From IMG/VR virus record IMGVR_UViG_3300001687_000010: a stretch of 64,000 nt of DNA; one strand, written 5' to 3'. The translations under genes and the position numbers were made by a program. Below are positions 28,864-36,828 of this stretch, piece after piece (position 1 is the stretch's first letter; each line of letters begins with the position of its first letter). Source of the stretch: a virus (taxonomy: Duplodnaviria > Heunggongvirae > Uroviricota > Caudoviricetes). The notes beneath the pieces are model-generated. The model ran no database searches and had not been told where the DNA came from. It worked only from the letters and a program-made list of their open reading frames with translations.

Positions 28864-28898
28864 GCAGATTTTTGGGTTAAAAAATCTGCTTTTTTTTT
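28864..28898 (+). terminator. rho-independent terminator
   Basis: GCAGATTTTT..AAAAATCTGC stem followed by T9. Confidence 0.75.
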
Positions 28899-28908
28899 GG
28901 AAAAAGAC

Positions 28909-28937
28909 TTGACTCCTTATATAATAAGGTGTATGAT
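28909..28937 (+). promoter_or_regulatory. sigma70-type promoter
   Basis: TTGACT-17-TATGAT. Confidence 0.7.
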
Positions 28938-28992
28938 ATCCTTAGTTACAATAAAAAAGGTTAAAAAAATTACATTTTTTTTAAAAAAAAGC

Positions 28993-29034
28993 TAAAGTTT
29001 TTACTTGACTTACCGATATATATTATAGTACGAT
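28993..29034 (+). promoter_or_regulatory. nested sigma28/sigma70 promoter
   Basis: TAAAGTTT-11-ACCGATAT; TTGACT at 29005, TACGAT at 29029. Confidence 0.6.
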
Positions 29035-29065
29035 AAAGTAAACTAAAAAAAGAAAGGATTTAAAA

Positions 29066-29704
29066 ATGAGTAACGTAACTAATTTAGCCGAAAAAAGAGA
29101 AGAAAAAATGGATGCCGGTTTTATGGATATGCTTAACAAAACCAAAACCGATACTCCGAAACCGAAGGCTAAAAGCAAGGGTTCGCAGACGCTCGAAGTT
29201 AGCGATGACCTTAAAACTGATATCGATAAGTTTGTACAGGCTAAAGCCGATAAGAAAAAAGCCGAAGCCACGATGAAAGCCACCGAGCCGAGAGTTATTC
29301 AGGCCGCTCGGGAGCATCAAGACGAGCAAGCCTTTAACGGTAACTTCAGCAAATCCTTTGATATCGCTGGCCATAAGGAAAAGGTTAAGTTCGTTACGGC
29401 TGATAGGCATAGCGTTAAAGGTGAAGACGCTAAAAGCATTAAAGAGATTTTAGGCGATAACTTTGACGACCTTATGGAACAGGATACGGAAGTTGTCGTA
29501 AAAGCCGAAGTTTTTAGCAACCCTGAACTGCAAAAACTGATTAGCGATGCTTTAGGGGATAGGGCAAGCGAGATTTTTGAGACAAGGGTAACTCTAAAAA
29601 CCAAAGACGGTTTTGACGAGAAGGTTTATAAAGCCGTTAAAGATGCCGATGACCTTAATCTGCTTCGCACCTTCGTAAAGCAGAATAAGCCGAGTTTACG
29701 CTAA
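29066..29704 (+). CDS. early hypothetical protein (charged, helical)
   Basis: AAGGA SD, tandem promoters upstream. Confidence 0.7.
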   Translation: MSNVTNLAEKREEKMDAGFMDMLNKTKTDTPKPKAKSKGSQTLEVSDDLKTDIDKFVQAKADKKKAEATMKATEPRVIQAAREHQDEQAFNGNFSKSFDIAGHKEKVKFVTADRHSVKGEDAKSIKEILGDNFDDLMEQDTEVVVKAEVFSNPELQKLISDALGDRASEIFETRVTLKTKDGFDEKVYKAVKDADDLNLLRTFVKQNKPSLR

Positions 29705-29740
29705 AAAGCCGATAAGAACTAAGCGTTACGGCTTTAATAT

Positions 29741-29852
29741 AGGGGAAGCCTACTGGTAGCGCAAATCCACCCCACTTATGGGGTCACCGCAGCGCACGGC
29801 ACCAGAAACTTGTAAGGATAACGCCGATGGTGAAAAAGCCTTACCTTCCCCT
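29741..29852 (+). ncRNA. candidate structured RNA upstream of ligase-like gene
   Basis: closing stem AGGGGAAG/CTTCCCCT with nested stems and possible pseudoknot. Confidence 0.45.
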
Positions 29853-29874
29853 CAACCTCACAGGGAGAGGGAAA

Positions 29875-30510
29875 ATGTTATTTACGGAGTTTACATATTT
29901 ATGGCCTGAAAAGCCTGTTTTAATCCACCGAGACCAAGACCTTGTTGACCAATTAAGCGATGACCCTGATTATGTAGCGCAACCTAAATACAATGGACAA
30001 CGGTGCGTGGTGCATATATTAAACGGTGAAGTATCATTCTGGTCACGGCACGGTCACGAACTTACCTACGCCAATAAATACAAGGATAGCAAAGGCTATC
30101 AAATCCTTGTTAATGAATTAAGGCGCAAATTCCCCGAAGGATATTACCAATTTGATGGCGAACTACGCCATAATAAAGTTACCGGAATTTACCATAAACT
30201 GGTGCTATGGGATACCTTTGTCTATAAGAATCGGTTCCTTTATAAAGAGCAATATTGGGCAAGGCGTGAAATGCTTGCGACCCACTTTAATAGCAATGAA
30301 TCCGATACCATACACCTTATTAAACAGTATAGCACCGAATTTAGGGGTGCTTATAAGGCATATACGGAAGGGGAGCATGGCAACCCTGACGAGTTTGAGG
30401 GGCTTGTTATGAAGAACCTTAAAGGCAAACTTAACTTGGGACGTAAATCATCTGCTAATTCAATGTGGATGTTTAAAATCCGTAAAGAGACGGGAAGACA
30501 TAGGTATTAA
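29875..30510 (+). CDS. minimal ATP-dependent ligase/nucleotidyltransferase (adenylation domain only)
   Basis: motif I QPKYNGQR, WSRHG, FDGEL, LWD, EGLVMK, WMFKIR; start reassigned after GGGAGAGG SD. Confidence 0.75.
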   Translation: MLFTEFTYLWPEKPVLIHRDQDLVDQLSDDPDYVAQPKYNGQRCVVHILNGEVSFWSRHGHELTYANKYKDSKGYQILVNELRRKFPEGYYQFDGELRHNKVTGIYHKLVLWDTFVYKNRFLYKEQYWARREMLATHFNSNESDTIHLIKQYSTEFRGAYKAYTEGEHGNPDEFEGLVMKNLKGKLNLGRKSSANSMWMFKIRKETGRHRY

Positions 30511-30511
30511 G

Positions 30512-31666
30512 ATGTCTAAATTGCAGAAAAAGGCTATTGAAAAAATAGCGGAAATAAAAGGCAAAATCGATAAAAAAATCGAGTCCTTTTTGGAATACAA
30601 TCCCAATTTAAAGGCGGAAGCACGGGCATATTCTGACCTTATGAAAAAATCTTTAGATGAGATTATTGTTACCGTTGATAAAGAAATGATAAACAAACAA
30701 ATGCAGACGGCCAGAGTCTATATAAACCATTTAATAAACGAATTGCTTGGTTTAGAAAGGAAAAAAAATCAAATGCGGAAGGAAAAGGAAAAAGAAAGGA
30801 AAATGTTAGGGCAAATCACTAAAGAAGAAACTGATAAATTAAGGTATTATCAAGCCGACCTTTATCATGATACCCTAAAAATACTGGCTTGCGGTTTGGA
30901 TAAATATGGTGGAGCAAAAAGACGGAATGATAAAAAAAGGTATTGGAAGTATATACCGGAGAATTCACATCGGGTTTTAAAGGCAATTAAATTATCTTGT
31001 GAATATCTTGAAGCAAGGGGCAAATATAAAGAAGATTTAAAATTCATCGATTGTGGTTGTGGAATAGGTAATGTTTTAAGTACCGCTAAATTTGTCGGGC
31101 TTAAAAATTTATACGGAATTGAATATGATGAAAAAACCTATAACATAGCGTGGGCAATGAAAGAAATATTAAAAGATGGATGGGGTAACGGAACAAAATG
31201 TTCCGTCCGAAAAGGCGATATTCTTAACCATAATGGCTATAATAAATATGATATTATTTACTATTATTGTCCGATTGATGATTGGAAACTGCAGCAGAAA
31301 TTTGAGCGCAAAGTAGCCGATACTTGTAAAAAAGGCACAATCGTTATAGGGTTTTATTCTAATGACACTTTTCGGAAAGATAGGCGTTTTAAGCAAATAG
31401 GTGATAGCGTTTTTGTTAAATTAGGTGGATTTGAGGATGTTGAAGATGATACAATTAAACAGGGTGATAAGGTTATTCTCGCTCGGAAGGGCAATACTGC
31501 GGAAGCCTATGGATGGGGCAAAGGGATGGAGAATTTACTTAGAAAGCGTTTTGTGGTTGATGAAATTGCAGGCCGTGACCGGAGAGTATCTCTTAAAAAA
31601 CCAAATGGCGATTGGGTCGCAGGTGTATTTGCGATTGAGGATTTAGATAAAATAAGGAGAGATTAA
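30512..31666 (+). CDS. class I SAM-dependent methyltransferase with N-terminal coiled coil
   Basis: FIDCGCGIGN, GIEYD, GDIL, YDIIYYYCP. Confidence 0.75.
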   Translation: MSKLQKKAIEKIAEIKGKIDKKIESFLEYNPNLKAEARAYSDLMKKSLDEIIVTVDKEMINKQMQTARVYINHLINELLGLERKKNQMRKEKEKERKMLGQITKEETDKLRYYQADLYHDTLKILACGLDKYGGAKRRNDKKRYWKYIPENSHRVLKAIKLSCEYLEARGKYKEDLKFIDCGCGIGNVLSTAKFVGLKNLYGIEYDEKTYNIAWAMKEILKDGWGNGTKCSVRKGDILNHNGYNKYDIIYYYCPIDDWKLQQKFERKVADTCKKGTIVIGFYSNDTFRKDRRFKQIGDSVFVKLGGFEDVEDDTIKQGDKVILARKGNTAEAYGWGKGMENLLRKRFVVDEIAGRDRRVSLKKPNGDWVAGVFAIEDLDKIRRD

Positions 31667-31667
31667 A

Positions 31668-31862
31668 ATGTACGCAATTATCCGCAAAAAAACAAACGGT
31701 GAAGAAGATGTTTTTGCCACTTATGACGAAAAAAGGCCTGCTTTTATTGAAAGCCAGACCCTTAATGACTGGATGTCGCTCGGGGAATCTGAGATTGCGT
31801 TTACCGTAAAAACAGTGCCAGATTCCACGGAAAAAATTAACCATAATCGGGTTTTTATTTAA
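31668..31862 (+). CDS. hypothetical protein
   Basis: AAGGAG SD. Confidence 0.55.
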   Translation: MYAIIRKKTNGEEDVFATYDEKRPAFIESQTLNDWMSLGESEIAFTVKTVPDSTEKINHNRVFI

Positions 31863-31870
31863 AAAAAGAC

Positions 31871-31911
31871 TCAAGTTTTCCCTTGACTTACCGATATTAA
31901 TAGTGTAGGAT
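31871..31911 (+). promoter_or_regulatory. nested sigma28/sigma70 promoter
   Basis: TCAAGTTT-11-ACCGATAT; TTGACT(31883)-17-TAGGAT. Confidence 0.65.
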
Positions 31912-31940
31912 AAAGGTATACGCTAAAGAAAGGGAGAAAA

Positions 31941-32384
31941 ATGAGCGACCATAAATTAGATAAACCATTAGAATTTATTAAGGCCGGTAAAGCGATTTTT
32001 ACCATTATGAATACCAAGACCGGAAACCGCTTCACCTATAAGGTTAAAAAGGTTGACGGCAAAAAAGTATGGTTTGTTAGCGTACTTAATGGCCCAGATA
32101 ATTACAGCAATTACCGTTACATCGGGTGCATTTTTGGGGACGACTTCCGCCATACGAAATCCTCAAAGGTTAGCAAGGATGCAGTATCCTTTCAAGCCTT
32201 CGCATGGACGTTTAAAATGTTACAACAAGGCACGTTACCGGATATCGTTACCGTACACCACGAAGGACGGTGCGGACGGTGCGGTCGGCGTTTAACCGTA
32301 CCGGAGAGTATTATAAGCGGTTATGGGCCTGAATGTATTAAAACGGTTAACCCGAATTACGGGCAACTTGAATTACCACTATAA
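31941..32384 (+). CDS. DUF6011-like zinc-binding phage protein
   Basis: HHEGRCGRCGRRLTVPESI..GYGPEC. Confidence 0.7.
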   Translation: MSDHKLDKPLEFIKAGKAIFTIMNTKTGNRFTYKVKKVDGKKVWFVSVLNGPDNYSNYRYIGCIFGDDFRHTKSSKVSKDAVSFQAFAWTFKMLQQGTLPDIVTVHHEGRCGRCGRRLTVPESIISGYGPECIKTVNPNYGQLELPL

Positions 32385-32394
32385 GGAGATTAAA

Positions 32395-32565
32395 ATGGCT
32401 GAAAAGGGTTACAGGCAAAAAGTAGTTGAAAATTGTGTTACATCTTTAGACTACTGGCATAAAAACGCAAGGGACGATAAGCAGTTTACCGAAATGGCTT
32501 ATCGTGTCGTTAACGCCGCTTATGAAGCAGCCCAAAAAATTACCAAAATCGATAAGGGGGAATAA
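32395..32565 (+). CDS. small hypothetical protein (start reassigned)
   Basis: AAGGAG SD before ATG 32395. Confidence 0.5.
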   Translation: MAEKGYRQKVVENCVTSLDYWHKNARDDKQFTEMAYRVVNAAYEAAQKITKIDKGE

Positions 32566-32804
32566 TGATTGAAAAGTTATTTAAAATCATTATTATTAGT
32601 GCGATTGTAACCAGTTGTATGCTTATGGGCATAGTTGCGATTAGCCATGCGTCCATAGATTCCGACCTTAAAGATGCGTCTATTGTAATTAAGGACGAAG
32701 TTAAGATTTATAGGCTTGATGGGCAAGTGGTCTGGACGTTCTGGCGTTTAGAAGAATACTTAAAATATCTTAAAAGTTTAATAGAAGAGAGTGAGGGAAA
32801 ATGA
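32565..32804 (+). CDS. small membrane/exported protein
   Basis: N-terminal hydrophobic segment; TAATG coupling. Confidence 0.55.
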   Translation: MIEKLFKIIIISAIVTSCMLMGIVAISHASIDSDLKDASIVIKDEVKIYRLDGQVVWTFWRLEEYLKYLKSLIEESEGK

Positions 32805-33025
32805 GTCTAACTGATTTAGTATACGATGTGATTAAGGACGAAAAGTGGTTTAAAACCCTCTCAATGGACGAACAAGGCGAGATTTGCGTGGAGTTGGCTA
32901 AAGGTATGGGGGATGTTAAAGAAGCCTTAAAAATCGCCTGTGATAACCCCAGACTTCATTACGAAGCCACTAAAAACGGCGGATATTGCCCAAGATGCCG
33001 AGAAAGGTTGGACGAAATTGTTTGA
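32801..33025 (+). CDS. hypothetical protein
   Basis: ATGA overlap; C..H..CPRC. Confidence 0.5.
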   Translation: MSLTDLVYDVIKDEKWFKTLSMDEQGEICVELAKGMGDVKEALKIACDNPRLHYEATKNGGYCPRCRERLDEIV

Positions 33026-33170
33026 AAATTTTAGAATGTGGTTAGATGTTTTTGCGGACGCAAGCGTTCCAATCGGGCTTTTTGTTCTTATTCTTTATGT
33101 TCGTAAATTTGTTAATAAAGTTAGTATAACTTTAAAAAGGAAAAAAAGTGAGAAAAAAGTAAAAAAAGAC

Positions 33171-33211
33171 TAAAGTTTTCCCTTGACAGGCCGATATTAT
33201 TATTGTAAGAT
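33171..33211 (+). promoter_or_regulatory. nested sigma28/sigma70 promoter
   Basis: TAAAGTTT-11-GCCGATAT; TTGACA(33183)-17-TAAGAT. Confidence 0.75.
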
Positions 33212-33239
33212 AAAGATATAATAAAAAAGGAGTTAGGGG

Positions 33240-33590
33240 ATGCGTAAATTATACCACATAGATTTAGGGCTACCAAACGGGTTAGAAGAAAACCTTAAAA
33301 AAATCGGGATCGTACCATTAGAATATAAGTATCACGCCTTAAAAGCTGCTAACGATGACCGTTACGGACGGATTGAATTACCGGAAACGATAGACTGCTC
33401 AAAGGCCAAACCGATTGAAGTTGAGGTTATAGATAACAAGGTAAACAAGGTTGTATGGCGTACCCGATACGATAGCGAATATGACCTTATTATAGTTATG
33501 CTTATGGACTGTACGGTTAAAACCGTATGGTTAAACTCGGTTAGGGATTTACATAAAACGCTCGATGCGAGCAAATACGATAGGGTATAA
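33240..33590 (+). CDS. early protein, possible BECR/RelE-like RNase fold
   Basis: YHA..DR..I helix, beta-rich core, VKTVWLN..D.HKTLD.SKY. Confidence 0.45.
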   Translation: MRKLYHIDLGLPNGLEENLKKIGIVPLEYKYHALKAANDDRYGRIELPETIDCSKAKPIEVEVIDNKVNKVVWRTRYDSEYDLIIVMLMDCTVKTVWLNSVRDLHKTLDASKYDRV

Positions 33591-33601
33591 GGGAGATAAA
33601 A

Positions 33602-33892
33602 ATGAATTACGATACCATGCCGATGTTTGAAACAACCATAGATAACGGGGAAGAAGAATACGATGTTGAAGTTTATTTTGATTATCAGCCTTACGAAGCG
33701 ATGGGACTTTATAGCCCCGGTTGCGATGAAGCCGTTGATATCTGCGAAGTACGCATAGCCAATACCGACATCGAAATTTGTCTGTTAAAGGCCGAAGAAG
33801 CGTTGATGGCCGAAAGAATCCTTGAGCATAAGGCCGAAGAAGATGCGTACATTTATGATTGTAAAAAATATGGCGCATACTGGGATTGTTAA
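33602..33892 (+). CDS. acidic hypothetical protein
   Basis: AAGGGAG SD. Confidence 0.6.
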   Translation: MNYDTMPMFETTIDNGEEEYDVEVYFDYQPYEAMGLYSPGCDEAVDICEVRIANTDIEICLLKAEEALMAERILEHKAEEDAYIYDCKKYGAYWDC

Positions 33893-33900
33893 AAAAAGAC

Positions 33901-33927
33901 TAAAGTTTTTATCTTAAATGCCGATAA
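33901..33927 (+). promoter_or_regulatory. sigma28 (FliA/SigD)-consensus promoter
   Basis: exact TAAAGTTT-11-GCCGATAA. Confidence 0.7.
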
Positions 33928-33963
33928 TTATTTTAAAGCCAATTAAAAAAAGGGAGATAAAAA

Positions 33964-34248
33964 ATGAAAGTTATAGTTAGGGGAGACCATCCAATTTTAG
34001 CAAGGGTTGATAAGATTTTTAGTAATGAGCATGACGGACGGGCGCAAGCCTTAGTCGGGGAACTTACCCGTTTAGGTTATGATAACGTGCGGATTGAACC
34101 GTTTAAACCCGTTACGCACCATTTAGACGTTACCGATGATACTGAAATGATGTGCGCCGAGTGTTGCTCGATTACCACAAGGGCAGAATTAACGGAGTTA
34201 GAAGGTTGCCCCAGTTGCCGTAGTCATAAGGTTTTTGCTATTAACTAA
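33964..34248 (+). CDS. zinc-ribbon hypothetical protein
   Basis: CAEC..CPSC; AGGGAG SD. Confidence 0.6.
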   Translation: MKVIVRGDHPILARVDKIFSNEHDGRAQALVGELTRLGYDNVRIEPFKPVTHHLDVTDDTEMMCAECCSITTRAELTELEGCPSCRSHKVFAIN

Positions 34249-34272
34249 AATAAATAAAAGGGAGATATTAAA

Positions 34273-34500
34273 ATGTGTGGACCAAGATTAGGCGTTACAA
34301 ACGGATTCGATGATTTTGATACCCAAATTCAGGCCGAAGAACTTGACTCTACGGAGTACAATTTATGGTTAGATTTTTGCTCCGGTAAACTGGAAGACGA
34401 AGAAATCGAGTGCTTTAAATGCGGTGAATTTATTAACCCTTTAGAGTACACCATTAATGACGGACTATGCCCCTGTTGCGGAAGTCGGCTTGATGTTTAA
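34273..34500 (+). CDS. acidic zinc-ribbon protein
   Basis: CFKC..CPCC; GGGAG SD. Confidence 0.6.
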   Translation: MCGPRLGVTNGFDDFDTQIQAEELDSTEYNLWLDFCSGKLEDEEIECFKCGEFINPLEYTINDGLCPCCGSRLDV

Positions 34501-34508
34501 AATAGTTT

Positions 34509-34538
34509 GTTTACAACTGGCAAAAAGTGTTATATAAT
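34509..34538 (+). promoter_or_regulatory. T4-early-like promoter
   Basis: GTTTACA-17-TATAAT. Confidence 0.7.
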
Positions 34539-34562
34539 AAACACAAATAAAAGGAGAATGAA

Positions 34563-34829
34563 ATGGGAAACCCTTATTATGAGGACTTAGACCTATATCA
34601 AGAAGAAATTGATGATTGCTTAGATTGCGCCATAGAGAAAATGCTAAACATGGCCAAAACAGGCAGAGGGCAAATATCGATGGTAGGCGTTAGGAAAGCC
34701 CTTGAACATTACGGTATCGAAAAGGTTCCCAATATGGTTCCCATAGCGGTTGAAAGAATTAAAGCCAAAGGTGTTAGTATAGGCGATGCGATGAACTCCG
34801 GTACTCAGCGAGAGGCCGGTACACGATAA
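34563..34829 (+). CDS. hypothetical protein
   Basis: AAGGAG SD, promoter upstream. Confidence 0.6.
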   Translation: MGNPYYEDLDLYQEEIDDCLDCAIEKMLNMAKTGRGQISMVGVRKALEHYGIEKVPNMVPIAVERIKAKGVSIGDAMNSGTQREAGTR

Positions 34830-34852
34830 CTCCCTAACTGTTGGGTCGACAG

Positions 34853-34987
34853 TATAAATAACGGCTTGCATTGCGGCCTAACCGCACGGCCTGAAGTGCG
34901 GACGGTATTCTCACTCACCGAGAAAGTAGTGAGACCTCCCTAACTCCCTGAATGAAGGTGGGCGAAAGTTGCCCACCTTTATTTTTT
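34853..34987 (+). ncRNA. candidate late small RNA 1 (promoter to terminator)
   Basis: TATAAATA (34853-34860), hairpins CCGCAC/GTGCGG and TCTCACT/AGTGAGA, terminator stem 34952-34982 plus T-tract; no ORF in the track. Confidence 0.55.
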
Positions 34988-35007
34988 GGTAAATCCTGTA
35001 AAGAAAA

Positions 35008-35095
35008 AATAAATAACTTAATGAAGGTCTCGCTTTACTTCGGTAAACGGATATTTTTAGTCTTTAAGGGCCTCAAACCCTTAAAGGCTTTTTTT
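35008..35095 (+). ncRNA. candidate late small RNA 2
   Basis: AATAAATA (35008-35015), TTTAC-TTCG-GTAAA hairpin, terminator 35059-35095. Confidence 0.45.
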
Positions 35096-35101
35096 GTTGG
35101 A

Positions 35102-35109
35102 TATAAATA
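35102..35109 (+). promoter_or_regulatory. T4-type late promoter of baseplate operon
   Basis: TATAAATA just upstream of the SD of the first structural gene; gp55 encoded in window. Confidence 0.7.
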
Positions 35110-35125
35110 ATAAATAGGAGTACTT

Positions 35126-35518
35126 ATGGGCCAAACAACCAAAGTTACCGATTCTTTTTTTGAATTAACGGGGATTAAATTACCACCAACGTCCCAGTTG
35201 CGTCTATATGATATAATGTTGGATACCGACCGGAATACTAAATTTCTTAATATATTTAAAAATTATAGCGTTAATCAGGAAGTTTTAACCAACGTAAACT
35301 TTTTTGATACTTATGAAGTAGAGGGAGAAGGGGAAGCGTGGTTAGATAATATTTCTTTTGACGTTTATGGTACGCCATTTTTATGGTGGGTAATTGCTAT
35401 TTTTAACAATATGACCAATCCATTTGAAGAGTTGGAACCCGGCTCCAACTTAACCATTCTTAAACCTTCATATCTATATACATTATTTAAAGATATTGAA
35501 GCTATTGCGGAGTTGTAA
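35126..35518 (+). CDS. baseplate wedge protein, T4 gp53-like (LysM-like)
   Basis: LDNISFDVYGTPFLWWVIAIFNNMTNPF..L.PG..L.I. Confidence 0.8.
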   Translation: MGQTTKVTDSFFELTGIKLPPTSQLRLYDIMLDTDRNTKFLNIFKNYSVNQEVLTNVNFFDTYEVEGEGEAWLDNISFDVYGTPFLWWVIAIFNNMTNPFEELEPGSNLTILKPSYLYTLFKDIEAIAEL

Positions 35519-36828
35519 TGGGAACAAGAGTTGACGGCACAAGACAATCTACACAGACTGGTAATTTAAGTGTTAAAATAACTGTGGATGAAACACATAC
35601 CGGAATTATAGATGCTGCAGATTTGGTGCGGTGCTATTTTATTGAGGATATTTTCGGCTTTTGTATGATGGGTAAACTTGTTTTTTATGATAGGTCAGGT
35701 TTAATGGAATACGGGCCATTTACGGGCAATGAGACTATATCTTTGGTTTATGGTACGGAAGAAGAGCGAGAAGTTGTATTCCATATATGGAGAGTAAAAA
35801 ATATAGTACAGGTCAAACAGGGCGGCGTTCAATCATCTGATGAGAATTTAATAGAAATTCTTTTTGTTGATAATTCATACGGGGCTTCTTTTGAACCTAA
35901 ATATAGTCGGTCATTTGCATCGGGCAAAACCTATATGGATATTATAAATCATATCCTTAAAAATATGATAGGATGGCCGACCAATCGTATTAATTTAGAA
36001 CAATCTAATTCTGCGCCGACTGAGGGGTTTGTTATGCCGTATTGGTCACCTGCGAAAACGATAAATTGGATATTAAAACGATGTGTTAGCAAAACAACCG
36101 GAACAAGTGGTTATTTATGCTATGGTAGTACATATAATGAACGGACTATAAATATCCGCACGTTAAATTATCTTTTTAGTGGAGATAATATATTAGATGA
36201 TGTTGATTATGAATTTGGCTCAGCGGATAACGCTTTAAAAAATAAAATTTTAGAGTGGAATATTGAGGGTGCGGATAGAAATTCGATGGGTAAAGTGTTA
36301 GGTGGAACGTGGAGAGGTTTTAATCCGGCTACTAAAAAACTTATAAAAACTGAATATGGGTTTACAGATGGTATACAAGATACCGTTTTATTAGGCCGAC
36401 AATCGGTTTTGCCTAATGTAACCGATGCGACCCTCGGGTCATCGGTAGAAAACGTAACAGGTGAGGCTTCAGAGGCTGATTTAAAGGCATTTCTTTATGA
36501 TGAGTGGGCAAGGCAGTATAATCGGCAAAACGCTATTATAATAACTGTGGAGGGTAATGAAAAGCGGTATGCCGGTCATCAGATTCAAATAAGATGGCCA
36601 AGTGCGGATAAGGTATCACAGATTTACCATAAACAATATCAGGGCAAATATCTTGTTAAAAGCATAACCCATCATTTTACGGGAAGAACGAGCGGCTCAT
36701 CTTTTAATTATACGCAAAAAATGGTGTTATTAAAGAATGCGTTTCAAGATGGAGATGCTACTTCTCTTGTTAAAGCGACAAAGCAGAATACACGGGCCAG
36801 AAAAAAGTATACTTTTGTGAGGAATTAA
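35518..36828 (+). CDS. baseplate hub/tail protein (gp27-like)
   Basis: position between gp53 and gp5; EDIF, GNETI, GKYLVKSITHHF. Confidence 0.6.
   Translation: MGTRVDGTRQSTQTGNLSVKITVDETHTGIIDAADLVRCYFIEDIFGFCMMGKLVFYDRSGLMEYGPFTGNETISLVYGTEEEREVVFHIWRVKNIVQVKQGGVQSSDENLIEILFVDNSYGASFEPKYSRSFASGKTYMDIINHILKNMIGWPTNRINLEQSNSAPTEGFVMPYWSPAKTINWILKRCVSKTTGTSGYLCYGSTYNERTINIRTLNYLFSGDNILDDVDYEFGSADNALKNKILEWNIEGADRNSMGKVLGGTWRGFNPATKKLIKTEYGFTDGIQDTVLLGRQSVLPNVTDATLGSSVENVTGEASEADLKAFLYDEWARQYNRQNAIIITVEGNEKRYAGHQIQIRWPSADKVSQIYHKQYQGKYLVKSITHHFTGRTSGSSFNYTQKMVLLKNAFQDGDATSLVKATKQNTRARKKYTFVRN

Noticed and set aside
29827-29874. N-terminal extension of the ligase-like ORF
   Set aside because: Lies within the predicted RNA structure; the SD supports ATG 29875.
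28981-33930. Repeated 30-45-nt intergenic motif as CRISPR repeats or mobile-element ends
   Set aside because: Copies are dispersed, separated by whole genes and sit at promoter distance from RBSs; a promoter explanation fits better.
28126-35125. tRNA genes in GC-rich intergenic stretches
   Set aside because: No T-loop GTTCRA or cloverleaf with correct spacing was seen.
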